From: Antedon mediterranea
Lineage: Eukaryota > Animalia > Echinodermata
DNA length: 64,000 nt
Direction: 5' to 3'
Assembly (NCBI RefSeq): GCF_964355755.1
Contig: NC_092680.1
Coordinates: 11,408,001-11,472,000, forward strand
Positions 41,341-55,200 of the stretch are shown here, piece after piece; positions within the stretch are counted from its first letter, which is position 1, and the number at the start of each line of letters is the position of its first letter. Below the pieces are notes generated by a model. It made no database searches. It was not told the origin of the DNA and saw only the letters and a list, made by a program, of their open reading frames with translations. Both the position numbers and the translations under genes were made by a program.

Positions 41341-43235
41341 CACTTTGATGTTTTTGTGTGAAAAGTTTTATCGAAATGCTCAAAATGGTCTAAAACGGTT
41401 TCTATTGTGATTTTAAGCACTTTGATGATTTTGTGTAACCAAGTTTCATCGAAATGTACAAAATGGTCTAAAACGTCTCCAAATGCGATTTGAAGCTATT
41501 CTAAGTACTTTTGTGTTTTTATGTTAACAAGTTTTTTCGAAAATCACAAAATGGTCTAAAACGTCTCAAAATGCGATTTGAAGCTATTCTGTACACTTTG
41601 ATGTTTTGTGTGAAAAAGTTTTGTCGAAATGCTCAAAATGGTCTAAAACGTTTTTAAAACGATATTAAGCTATTTTGTGCTCTTTGATGTTTTTGTGTAA
41701 CCAAGTTTCATCGAAATCAACAAAATGGTCTAATACGTCTCCAAATGCGATTTGAAGCTTTTCCAAGCTTTTTGCTGTTTTTATGTTAAGTTTTTTCGAA
41801 AATCACAAAATGGTCTAAAACGTCTTCAAATGCGATTTGAAGCTATTCTGTACACTTTGATGTTTTGTGTGAAAAAGTTTTGTCGAAATGCTCAAAATGG
41901 TCTAAAACGTTTTTAAATACGATATTAAGCTATTTTGTGATCTTTGATGTTTTTGTGTGAAAAGTTTTATCAAAATGCTCAAAATGGTCTGAAACGGTTT
42001 CTAATGCGATTTGAAGCTATTCTGTACACTTTGAAGTTTTGTGTGAAAAAGTTTTCTCGAAATGCTCAAAATGGTCTAAAACGTTTTTATATACCATATT
42101 AAGCTATTTTGTGCACTTTGATGTTTTTTTTGAAAAGTTTTATCGAAATGCTCAAAATGGTCTAAAACGGTTTCTATTGGGATTTTAAGCACTTTGATGA
42201 TTTTGTGTAACCAAGTTTCATCGAAAATCACAAAATGGTCTAAAACGTCTCCAAATGCGATTTGAAGCTTTTCTAAGCACTTTTGTGTTTTTATGTTAAC
42301 AAGTTTTTTCGAAAATCACAAAATGGTCTAAAACGTCTTCAAATGCGATTTGAAGCTATTCTGTACACTTTTATGTTTTGTGTGAAAAAGTTTTGTCGAA
42401 ATTCTCAAAATGGTCTAAAACGTTTTTAAATACGATATTAAGCTGTTTTGTGCACTTTGATGATTTGTGTGAAAAGTTTTAACGAAATGCTCAAAATGGT
42501 CTAAAACGGTTTCTAATGTGATTTTAAGCACTTTGATGTTTTTGTGTAACCAAGTTTTTTCGAAAATCACAAAATAGTTTAAAACGTCTCCAAATGCGAT
42601 TTGAAGCTTTTCTAAGCACTTTGGTGTTTTTATGTTAACAAGTTTTTTCGAAAATCACAAAATGGTCTAAAACGTCTCCAAATGCGATTTGAGGATATTC
42701 TGAGCACTTTGGTGTTTTTTTGTTAAAAAGTTTTTTCGAAAATCACAAAATGGTCTAAAACGTCTCCAAATGCGATTTGAAGCTATTCTGTACACTTTGA
42801 TGTTTTGTGTGAAAAAGTTTTGTCGAAATTCTCAAAATGTTCTAAAACGTTTTTAAATACGATATTAAGCTATTTTGTGATCTTTGATGTTTTTGTGTGA
42901 AAAGTTTTATCGAAATGCTCAAAATGGTCTAAAACGTTTTTAAAACGATATTAAGCTATTTTGTGCTCTTTGATGTTTTTGTGTAACCAAGTTTCATCGA
43001 AAATCACAAAATGGTCTAAAACGTCGCCAAATGCGATTTGAAGCTTTTCTAAGCACTTTGGTGTTTTTATGTTAACAAGTTTTTTCGAAAATCACGAAAT
43101 GGTCTAAAATATCTCCAAATGCGATTTGAAGATATTCTGAGCACTTTGGTGTTTTTATGTTCAAAAGTTTTTTCGAAAATCACAAAATAGTCTAAAACGT
43201 CTCCAAATGCGATTTGAAGCTATTCTGTACACTTT

Positions 43236-46200
43236 GAAGTTTTGTGTGAAAAAGTTTTGTCGAAATGCTCAAAATGGTCTAAAACGTTTTTAAAACGATA
43301 TTAAGCTATTTTGTGCACTTTAATGATTTGTGTGAAAAGTTTTACGAAATGCTCAAAATGGTCTAAAACGGTTTCTAATGTGATTTTAAGCACTTTGATG
43401 TTTTTGTGTAACCAAGTTTTTTCGAAAATCACAAAATGGTCTAAAACGTCTCCAAATGCGATTTCAAGCTTTTCTAAGCACTTTGGTGTTTTTATGTTAA
43501 CAAGTTTTTTCGAAAATCACAAAATGGTCTAAAACGTCTCCAAATGCGATTTGAAGCTTTTCTAAGCACTTTGGTGTTTTTATGTTAACAAGTTTTTTCG
43601 AAAATCTTGAAATGGTCTAAAATGTCTCCAAATGCGATTTGAAGCTATTCTGTACACTTTGATGTTTTGTGTGAAAAAGTTTTGTCGAAATGCTCAAAAT
43701 GGTCTAAAACGTTTTTAAAACGATATTAAGCTATTTTGTGCACTTTAATGATTTGTGTGAAAAGTTTTACGAAATGCTCAAAATGGTCTAAAACGGTTTC
43801 TAATGTGATTTTAAGCACTTTGATGTTTTTGTGTAACCAAGTTTTTTCGAAAATCACAAAATGGTCTAAAACGTCTCCAAATGCGATTTCAAGCTTTTCT
43901 AAGCACTTTGGTGTTTTTATGTTAACAAGTTTTTTCGAAAATCACAAAATGGTCTAAAACGTCTCCAAATGCGATTTGAGGATATTCTGAGCACTTTGGT
44001 GTTTTTATGTTAAAAAGTTTTTTCGAAAATCACAAATTGGTCTAAAACGTCTCCAAATGCGATTTGAAGCTATTCTGTACACTTTGATGTTTTGTGTGAA
44101 AAAGTTTTGTCAAAATGCTCAAAATGGTCTAAAACGTTTTTAAAACGATATTAAGCTATTTTGTGCTCTTTGATGTTTTTGTGTAACCAAGTTTCATCGA
44201 AATCAACAAAATGGTCTAATACGTCTCCAAATGCGATTTGAAGTTTTTCCAAGCACTTTGCTGTTTTTATGTTAACAAGTTTTTTCGAAAATCACAAAAT
44301 GGTCTAAAACGTCTTCAAATGCGATTTGAAGCTATTCTGTACACTTTGATGTTTTGTGTGAAAAAGTTTTGTCGAAATGCTCAAAATGGTCTAAAACGTT
44401 TTTAAATACGATATAAAGCTATTTTGTGATCTTTGATGTTTTTGTGTGAAAAGTTTTATCGAAATGCTCAAAATGGTCTAAAACGGTTTCTAATGCGATT
44501 TGAAGCTATTCTGTACCCTTTGAAGTTTTTTGTGAAAAAGTTTTCTCGAAATGCTCAAAATGGTCTAAAAAGTTTTTATATACCATATTAAGCTATTTTG
44601 TGCACTTTGATGTTTTTTGTGAAAAGTTTTATCGAAATGCTCAAAATGGTCTAAAACGGTTTCTATTGGGATTTTAAGCACTTTGATGATTTTGTGTAAC
44701 CAAGTTTCATCGAAATGTACAAAATGGTCTAAAACGTCTCCAAATGCGATTTGAAGCTATTCTAAGTACTTTTGTGTTTTTATGTTAACAAGTTTTTTCG
44801 AAAATCACAAAATGGTCTAAAACGTCTTCAAATGCGATTTGAAGCTATTCTGTACACTTTTATGTTTTGTGTGAAAAAGTTTTGTCGAAATTCTCAAAAT
44901 GGTCTAAAACGTTTTTAAATACGATATTAAGCTGTTTTGTGCACTTTGATGATTTGTGTGAAAAGTTTTAACGAAATGCTCAAAATGGTCAAAAACGGTT
45001 TCTAATGTGATTTTAAGCACTTTGATGTTTTTGTGTAACCAAGTTTTTTCAAAAATCACAAAATGGTCTAAAACGTCTCCAAATGCGATTTGAAGCTTTT
45101 CTAAGCACTTTGGTGTTTTTATGTTAACAAGTTTTTTCGAAAATCACAAAATGGTCTAAAACGTCTCCAAATGCGATTTGAAGATATTCTGAGCACTTTG
45201 GTGTTTTTATGTTAAAAAGTTTTTTCGAAAATCACAAAATAGTCTAAAACGTCTCCAAATGCGATTTGAAGCTATTCTGTACACTTTGATGTTTTGTGTG
45301 AAAAAGTTTTGTCGAAATGCTCAAAATGGTCTAAAACGTTTTTAAAACGATATTAAGCTATTTTGTGCTCTTTGATGTTTTTGTGTAACCAAGTTTCATC
45401 GAAAATCACAAAATGGTCTAAAACGTCTCAAAATGCGATTTGAAGCTTTTCTAAGCACTTTGGTGTTTTTATGTTAACAAGTTTTTTCGAAAATCACGAA
45501 ATGGTTTAAAATATCTCCAAATGCGATTTGAAGATATTCTGAGCACTTTGGTGTTTTTATGTTAAAAAGTTTTTTCGAAAATCACAAAATGGTCTAAAAC
45601 GTCTCCAAATGCGATTTGAAGCTCTTCTGTACACTTTGATGTTTTGTGTGAAAAAGTTTTGTCGAAATGCTCAAAATGGTCTAAAACGTTTTCAAATACG
45701 ATATTAAGCTGTTTTGTGCACTTTGATGATTTGTGTGAAAAGTTTTAACGAAATCCTCAAAATGGTCTAAAACGGTTTCTAATGTGATTTTAAGCACTTT
45801 GATGTTTTTGTGTAACCAAGTTTTATCGAAAATCACAAAATAGTCTAAAACGTCTCCAAATGCGATTTGAAGCTTTTCTAAGCACTTTGGTGTTTTTATG
45901 TTAACAAGTTTTTTCGAAAATCACAAAATGGTCTAAAACGTCTCCAAATGCGATTTGAGGATATTCTGAGCACTTTGGTGTTTTTTTGTTAAAAAGTTTT
46001 TTCGAAAATCACAAAATGGTCTAAAACGTCTCCAAATGCGATTTGAAGCTATTCTGTACACTTTGATGTTTTGTGTGAAAAAGTTTTGTCGAAATGCTCA
46101 AAATGGTCTAAAACATTTTTAAATACGATATTAAGCTATTTTGTGATCTTTGATGTTTTTGTGTGAAAAGTTTTATCGAAATGCTCAAAATGGTCTAAAA

Positions 46201-49200
46201 CGGTTTCTATTGTGATTTTAAGCACTTTGATGATTTTGTGTAACCAAGTTTCATCGAAATGTACAAAATGGTCTAAAACGTCTCCAAATGCGATTTGAAG
46301 CTATTCTAAGTACTTTTGTGTTTTTATGTTAACAAGTTTTTTCGAAAATCACAAAATGGTCTAAAACGTCTTCAAATGCGATTTGAAGCTATTCTGTACA
46401 CTTTGATGTTTTGTGTGAAAAAGTTTTGTCAAAATGCTCAAAATGGTCTAAAACGTTTTTAAAACGATATTAAGCTATTTTGTGCTCTTTGATGTTTTTG
46501 TGTAACCAAGTTTCATCGAAAATCACAAAATGGTCTAAAACGTCTCCAAATGCGATTTGAAGCTTTTCTAAGCACTTTGGTGTTTTTATGTTAACAAGTT
46601 TTTTCGAAAATCACAAAATGGTCTAAAACGTCTCCAAATGCGATTTGAAGCTCTTCTGTACACTTTGATGTTTTGTTTGAAAAAGTTTTGTCGAAATTCT
46701 CAAAATGGTCTAAAACGTTTTTAAATTCGATATTAAGCTGTTTTGTGCACTTTGATGATTTGTGTGAAAAGTTTTAACGAAATGCTCAAAATGGTCAAAA
46801 ACGGTTTCTAATGTGATTTTAAGCACTTTGATGTTTTTGTGTAACCAAGTTTTTTCGAAAATCACAAAATGGTCTAAAACGTCTCCAAATGCGATTTGAG
46901 GATATTCTGAGCACTTTGGTGTTTTTATGTTAAAAAGTTTTTTCGAAAATCACAAAATGGTCTAAAACGTCTCAAAATGCGATTTGAAGCTAATCTGTAC
47001 ACTTTGATGTTTTGTGTGAAAAAGTTTTGTCGAAATGCTCAAAATGGTCTAAAACGTTTTTAAAACGATATTAAGCTATTTTGTGCTCTTTGATGTTTTT
47101 GTGTAACCAAGTTTCATCGAAATCAACAAAATGGTCTAATACGTCTCCAAATGCGATTTGAAGCTTTTCCAAGCACTTTGCTGTTTTTATGTTAACAAGT
47201 TTTTTCGAAAATCACAAAATGGTCTAAAACGTCTTCAAATGCGATTTGAAGCTATTCTGTAGACTTTGATGTTTTGTGTGAAAAAGTTTTGTCGAAATGC
47301 TCAAAATGGTCTAAAACGTTTTTAAATACGATATTAAGCTATTTTGTGATCTTTGATGTTTTTGTGTGAAAAGTTTTATCAAAATGCTCAAAGTGGTCTG
47401 AAACGGTTTCTAATGCGATTTGAAGCTATTCTGTACACTTTGAAGTTTTGTGTGAAAAAGTTTTCTCGAAATGCTCAAAATGGTCTAAAACGTTTTTATA
47501 TACCATATTAAGCTATTTTGTGCACTTTGATGTTTTTTGTGAAAAGTTTTATCGAAATGCTCAAAATGGTCTAAAACGGTTTCTATTGGGATTTTAAGCA
47601 CTTTGATGATTTTGTGTAACCAAGTTTCATCGAAATGTACAAAATGGTCTAAAACGTCTCCAAATGCGATTTGAAGCTATTCTAAGTACTTTTGTGTTTT
47701 TATGTTAACAAGTTTTTTCGAAAATCACAAAATGGTCTAAAACGTCTTTCAAATGCGATTTGAAGCTATTCTGTACACTTTTATGTTTTGTGTGAAAAAG
47801 TTTTGTCGAAATTCTCAAAATGGTCTAAAACGTTTTTAAATACGATATTAAGCTGTTTTGTGCACTTTGATGATTTGTGTGAAAAGTTTTAACGAAATGC
47901 TCAAAATGGTCAAAAACGGTTTCTAATGTGATTTTAAGCACTTTGATGTTTTTGTGTAACCAAGTTTTTTCAAAAATCACAAAATGGTCTAAAACGTCTC
48001 CAAATGCGATTTGAAGCTTTTCTAAGCACTTTGGTGTTTTTATGTTAACAAGTTTTTTCGAAAATTACAAAATGGTCTAAAACGTCTCCAAATGCGATTT
48101 GAAGATATTCTGAGCACTTTGGTGTTTTTATGTTAAAAAGTTTTTTCGAAAATCACAAAATAGTCTAAAACGTCTCCAAATGCGATTTGAAGCTATTCTG
48201 TACACTTTGATGTTTTGTGTGAAAAAGTTTTGTCGAAATGCTCAAAATGGTCTAAAACGTTTTTAAAACGATATTAAGCTATTTTGTGCTCTTTGATGTT
48301 TTTTTGTAACCAAGTTTCATCGAAAATCACAAAATGGTCTAAAACGTCTCAAAATGCGATTTGAAGCTTTTCTAAGCACTTTGGTGTTTTTATGTTAACA
48401 AGTTTTTTCGAAAATCACGAAATGGTCTAAAATGTCTCCAAATGCGATTTGAAGATATTCTGAGCACTTTGGTGTTTTTATGTAAAAAAGTTTTTTCGAA
48501 AATCACAAAATGGTCTAAAACGTCTCCAAATGCGATTTGAAGCTCTTCTGTACACTTTGATGTTTTGTGTGAAAAAGTTTTGTCGAAATGCTCAAAATGG
48601 TCTAAAACGTTTTCAAATACGATATTAAGCTGTTTTGTGCACTTTGATGATTTGTGTGAAAAGTTTTAACGAAATGCTCAAAATGGTCTAAAACGGTTTC
48701 TAATGTGATTTTAAGCACTTTGGTGTTTTTATGTTAACAAGTTTTTTCGAAAATCACAAAATGGTCTAAAACGTCTCCAAATGCGATTTGAGGATATTCT
48801 GAGCTCTTTGGTGTTTTTTTGTTAAAAAGTTTTTTCGAAAATCACAAAATGGTCTAAAACGTCTCCAAATGCGATTTGAAGCTATTCTGTACACTTTGAT
48901 GTTTTGTGTGAAAAAGTTTTGTCGAAATGCTCAAAATGGTCTAAAACATTTTTAAATACGATATTAAGCTATTTTGTGATCTTTGATGTTTTTGTGTGAA
49001 AAGTTTTATCGAAATGCTCAAAATGGTCTAAAACGGTTTCTATTGTGATTTTAAGCACTTTGATGATTTTGTGTAACCAAGTTTCATCGAAATGTACAAA
49101 ATGGTCTAAAACGTCTTTAAATGCGATTTGAAGCTATTCTAAGTACTTTTGTGTTTTTATGTTAACAAGTTTTTTCGAAAATCACAAAATGGTCTAAAAC

Positions 49201-52200
49201 GTCTTCAAATGCGATTTGAAGCTATTCTGTACACTTTGATGTTTTGTGTGAAAAAGTTTTGTCAAAATGCTCAAAATGGTCTAAAACGTTTTTAAAACGA
49301 TATTAAGCTATTTTGTGCTCTTTGATGTTTTTGTGTAACCAAGTTTCATCGAAAATCACAACATTGTCTAAAACGTCTCCAAATGCGATTTGAAGCTTTT
49401 CTAAGCACTTTGGTGTTTTTATGTTAACAAGTTTTTTCGAAAATCACAAAATGGTCTAAAACGTCTCCAAATGCGATTTGAAGCTCTTCAGTACACTTTG
49501 ATGTTTTGTTTGAAAAAGTTTTGTCGAAATTCTCAAAATGGTCTAAAACGTTTTTAAATTCGATATTAAGCTGTTTTGTGCACTTTGATGATTTGTGTGA
49601 AAAGTTTTAACGAAATGCTCAAAATGGTCTAAAACGGTTTCTAATGTGATTTTAAGCACTTTGATGTTTTTGTGTAACCAAGTTTTTTCGAAAATCACAA
49701 AATAGTCTAAAACGTCTCCAAATGCGATTTGAAGCTTTTCTAAGCACTTTGGTGTTTTTATGTTAACAAGTTTTTTCGAAAATCACAAAATGGTCTAAAA
49801 CGTCTCCAAATGCGATTTGAGGATATTCTGAGCACTTTGGTGTTTTTATGTTAATAAGTTTTTTCGAAAATCACAAAATGGTCTAAAACGTCTTCAAATG
49901 CGATTTGAAGCTATTCTGTAGACTTTGATGTTTTGTGTGAAAAAGTTTTGTCGAAATGCTCAAAATGGTCTAAAACGTTTTTAAATACGATATTAAGCTA
50001 TTTTGTGATCTTTGATGTTTTTGTGTGAAAAGTTTTATCGAAATGCTCAAAATGGTCTAAAACGGTTTCTATTGTGATTTTAAGCACTTTGATGATTTTG
50101 TGTAACCAAGTTTCATCGAAATGTACAAAATGGTCTAAAACGTCTCCAAATGCGATTTGAAGCTATTCTAAGTACTTTTGTGTTTTTATGTTAACAAGTT
50201 TTTTCGAAAATCACAAAATGGTCTAAAACGTCTTCAAATGCGATTTGAAGCTATTCTGTACACTTTGATGTTTTGTGTGAAAAAGTTTTGTCAAAATGCT
50301 CAAAATGGTCTAAAACGTTTTTAAAACGATATTAAGCTTTTTTGTGCTCTTTGATGTTTTTGTGTAACCAAGTTTCATCGAAAATCACAAAATGGTCTAA
50401 AACGTCTCCAAATGCGATTTGAAGCTTTTCTAAGCACTTTGGTGTTTTTATGTTAACAAGTTTTTTCGAAAATCACAAAATGGTCTAAATCGTCTCCAAA
50501 TGCGATTTGAAGCTCTTCTGTACACTTTGATGTTTTGTTTGAAAAAGTTTTGTCGAAATTCTCAAAATGGTCTAAAACGTTTTTAAATACGATATTAAGC
50601 TGTTTTGTGCACTTTGATGATTTGTGTGAAAAGTTTTAACGAAATGCTCAAAATGGTCTAAAACGGTTTCTAATGTGATTTTAAGCACTTTGATGTTTTT
50701 GTGTAACCAAGTTTTTTCGAAAATCACAAAATAGTCTAAAACGTCTCCAAATGCGATTTGAAGCTTTTCTAAGCACTTTGGTGTTTTTATGTTAACAAGT
50801 TTTTTCGAAAATCACAAAATGGTCGAAAACGTCTCAAAATGCGATTTGAGGATATTCTGAGCACTTTGGTGTTTTTTTGTTAAAAAGTTTTTTCGAAAAT
50901 CACAAAATGGTCTAAAACGTCTCCAAATGCGATTTGAAGCTATTCTGTACACTTTGATGTTTTGTGTGAAAAAGTTTTGTCGAAATGCTCAAAATGGTCT
51001 AAAACGTTTTTAAATACGATAATAAACTATTTTGTGATCTTTGATGTTTTTGTGTGAAAAGTTTTATCGAAATGCTCAAAATGGTCTAAAACGTTTTTAA
51101 AACGATATTAAGCTATTTTGTGCTCTTTGATGTTTTTGTGTAACCAAGTTTCATCGAAAATCACAAAATGGTCTAAAACGTCGCCAAATGCGATTTGAAG
51201 CTATTCTGTACACTTTGATGTTTTGTGTGAAAAAGTTTTGTCGAAATGCTCAAAATGGTCTAAAACGTTTTTAAAACGATATTAAGCTATTTTGTGCTCT
51301 TTGATGTTTTTGTGTAACCAAGTTTCATCGAAAATCACAAAATGGTCTAAAACGTCTCCAAATGCGATTTGAAGCTTTTCTAAGCACTTTGGTGTTTTTA
51401 TGTTAACAAGTTTTTTCGAAAATCACAAAATGGTCTAAAACGTCTCCAAATGCGATTTGAAGCTCTTCTGTACACTTTGATGTTTTGTTTGAAAAAGTTT
51501 TGTCGAAATTTTCAAAATGGTCTAAAACGTTTTTAAATACGATATTAAGCTGTTTTGTGCACTTTGATGATTTGTGTGAAAAGTTTTAACGAAATGCTCA
51601 AAATGGTCTAAAACGGTTTCTAATGTGATTTTAAGCACTTTGATGTTTTTGTGTAACCAAGTTTTTTCGAAAATCACAAAATAGTCTAAAACGTCTCCAA
51701 ATGCGATTTGAAGCTTTTCTAAGCACTTTGGTGTTTTTATGTTAACAAGTTTTTTCGAAAATCACAAAATGGTCTAAAACGTCTCCAAATGCGATTTGAG
51801 GATATTCTGAGCACTTTGGTGTTTTTTTGTTAAAAAGTTTTTTCGAAAATCACAAAATGGTCTAAAATGTCTCCAAATGCGATTTGAAGCTATTCTGTAC
51901 ACTTTGATGTTTTATGTGAAAAAGTTTTGTCGAAATGCTCAAAATGGTCTAAAACGTTTTTAAATACGATATTAAGCTATTTTGTGATCTTTGATGTTTT
52001 TGTGTGAAAAGTTTTATCGAAATGCTCAAAATGGTCTAAAACGTTTTTAAAACGATATTAAGCTATTTTGTGCTCTTTGATGTTTTTGTGTAACCAAGTT
52101 TCATCGAAAATCACAAAATGGTCTAAAACGTCGCCAAATGCGATTTGAAGCTTTTCTAAGCACTTTGGTGTTTTTATGTTAACAAGTTTTTTCGAAAATC

Positions 52201-55200
52201 ACGAAATGGTCTAAAATATCTCCAAATGCGATTTGAAGATATTCTGAGCTCTTTGGTGTTTTTATGTTAAAAAGTTTTTTCGAAAATCACAAAATGGTCT
52301 AAAACGTCTCCAAACGCGATTTGAAGCTCTTCTGTACACTTTGATGTTTTGTGTGAAAAAGTTTTGTCGAAATTCTCAAAATGGTCTAAAACGTTTTTAA
52401 ATACGATATTAAGCTGTTTTGTGCACTTTGATGATTTGTGTGAAAAGTTTTAACGAAATGCTCAAAATGGTCAAAAACGGTTTCTAATGTGATTTTAAGC
52501 ACTTTGATGTTTTTGTGTAACCAAGTTTTTTCAAAAATCACAAAATGGTCTAAAACGTCTCCAAATGCGATTTGAAGCTTTTCTAAGCACTTTGGTGTTT
52601 TTATGTTAACAAGTTTTTTCGAAAATCACAAAATGGTCTAAAACGTCTCCAAATGCGATTTGAAGATATTCTGAGCACTTTGGTGTTTTTATGTTAAAAA
52701 GTTTTTTTGAAAATCACAAAATAGTCTAAAACGTCTTCAAATGCGATTTGAAGCTATTCTGTACACTTTGATGTTTTGTGTGAAAAAGTTTTGTCGAAAT
52801 GCTCAAAATGGTCTAAAACGTTTTTAAAACGATATTAAGCTATTTTGTGCTCTTTGATGTTTTTGTGTAACCAAGTTTCATCGAAAATCACAAAATGGTC
52901 TAAAACGTCTCAAAATGCGATTTGAAGCTTTTCTAAGCACTTTGGTGTTTTTATGTTAACAAGTTTTTTCGAAAATCACGAAATGGTCTAAAATGTCTCC
53001 AAATGCGATTTGAAGATATTCTGAGCACTTTGGTGTTTTTATGTTAAAAAGTTTTTTCGAAAATCACAAAATGGTCTAAAACGTCTCCAAATGCGATTTG
53101 AAGCTCTTCTGTACACTTTGATGTTTTGTGTGAAAAAGTTTTGTCGAAATGCTCAAAATGGTCTAAAACGTTTTTAAATACGATATTAAGCTGTTTTGTG
53201 CACTTTGATGATTTGTGTGAAAAGTTTTAACGAAATGCTCAAAATGGTCTAAAACGGTTTCTAATGTGATTTTAAGCACTTTGATGTTTTTGTGTAACCA
53301 AGTTTTTTCGAAAATCACAAAATAGTCTAAAACGTCTCCAAATGCGATTTGAAGCTTTTCTAAGCACTTTGGTGTTTTTATGTTAACAAGTTTTTTCGAA
53401 AATCACGAAATGGTCTAAAATGTCTCCAAATGCGATTTGAAGATATTCTGAGCACTTTGGTGTTTTTATGTTAAAAAGTTTTTTCGAAAATCACAAAATG
53501 GTCTAAAACGTCTCCAAATGCGATTTGAAGCTCTTCTGTACACTTTGATGTTTTGTGTGAAAAAGTTTTGTCGAAATGCTCAAAATGGTCTAAAACGTTT
53601 TTAAATACGATATTAAGCTATTTTGTGATCTTTGATGTTTTTGTGTGAAAAGTTTTATCGAAATGCTCAAAATGGTCTAAAACGGTTTCTATTGTGATTT
53701 TAAGCACTTTGATGATTTTGTGTAACCAAGTTTCATCGAAATGTACAAAATGGTCTAAAACGTCTCCAAATGCGATTTGAAGCTATTCTAAGTACTTTTG
53801 TGTTTTTATGTTAACAAGTTTTTTCGAAAATCACAAAATGGTCTAAAACGTCTTCAAATGCGATTTGAAGCTATTCTGTACACTTTGATGTTTTGTGTGA
53901 AAAAGTTTTGTCAAAATGCTCAAAATGGTCTAAAACGTTTTTAAAACGATATTAAGCTATTTTGTGCTCTTTGATGTTTTTGTGTAACCAAGTTTCATCG
54001 AAAATCACAAAATGATCTAAAACGTCTCCAAATGCGATTTGAAGCTTTTCTAAGCACTTTGGTGTTTTTATGTTAACAAGTTTTTTCGAAAATCACAAAA
54101 TGGTCTAAAACGTCTCCAAATGCGATTTGAAGCTCTTCTGTACACTTTGATGTTTTGTTTGAAAAAGTTTTGTCGAAATTCTCAAAATGGTCTAAAACGT
54201 TTTTAAATACGATATTAAGCTGTTTTGTGCACTTTGATGATTTGTGTGAAAAGTTTTAACGAAATGCTCAAAATGTTCTAAAACGGTTTCTAATGTGATT
54301 TTAAGCACTTTGATGTTTTTGTGTAACCAAGTTTTATCGAAAATCACAAAATAGTCTAAAACGTCTCCAAATGCGATTTGAAGCTTTTCTAAGCACTTTG
54401 GTGTTTTTATGTTAACAAGTTTTTTCGAAAATCACAAAATGGTCTAAAACGTCTCCAAATGCGATTTGAAGCTATTCTAAGTACTTTTGTGTTTTTATGT
54501 TAACAAGTTTTTTCGAAAATCACAAAATGGTCTAAAACGTCTTCAAATGCGATTTGAAGCTATTCTGTACACTTTGATGTTTTGTGTGAAAAAGTTTTGT
54601 CAAAATGCTCAAAATGGTCTAAAACGTTTTTAAAACGATATTAAGCTATTTTGTGCTCTTTGATGTTTTTGTGTAACCAAGTTTCATCGAAAATCACAAA
54701 ATGGTCTAAAACGTCTCCAAATGCGATTTGAAGCTTTTCTAAGCACTTTGGTGTTTTTATGTTAACAAGTTTTTTCGAAAATCACAAAATGGTCTAAATC
54801 GTCTCCAAATGCGATTTGAAGCTCTTCTGTACACTTTGATGTTTTGTTTGAAAAAGTTTTGTCGAAATTCTCAAAATGGTCTAAAACGTTTTTAAATACG
54901 ATATTAAGCTGTTTTGTGCACTTTGATGATTTGTGTGAAAAGTTTTAACGAAATGCTCAAAATGGTCTAAAACGGTTTCTAATGTGATTTTAAGCACTTT
55001 GATGTTTTTGTGTAACCAAGTTTTTTCGAAAATCACAAAATAGTCTAAAACGTCTCCAAATGCGATTTGAAGCTTTTCTAAGCACTTTGGTGTTTTTATG
55101 TTAACAAGTTTTTTCGAAAATCACAAAATGGTCGAAAACGTCTCAAAATGCGATTTGAGGATATTCTGAGCACTTTGGTGTTTTTTTGTTAAAAAGTTTT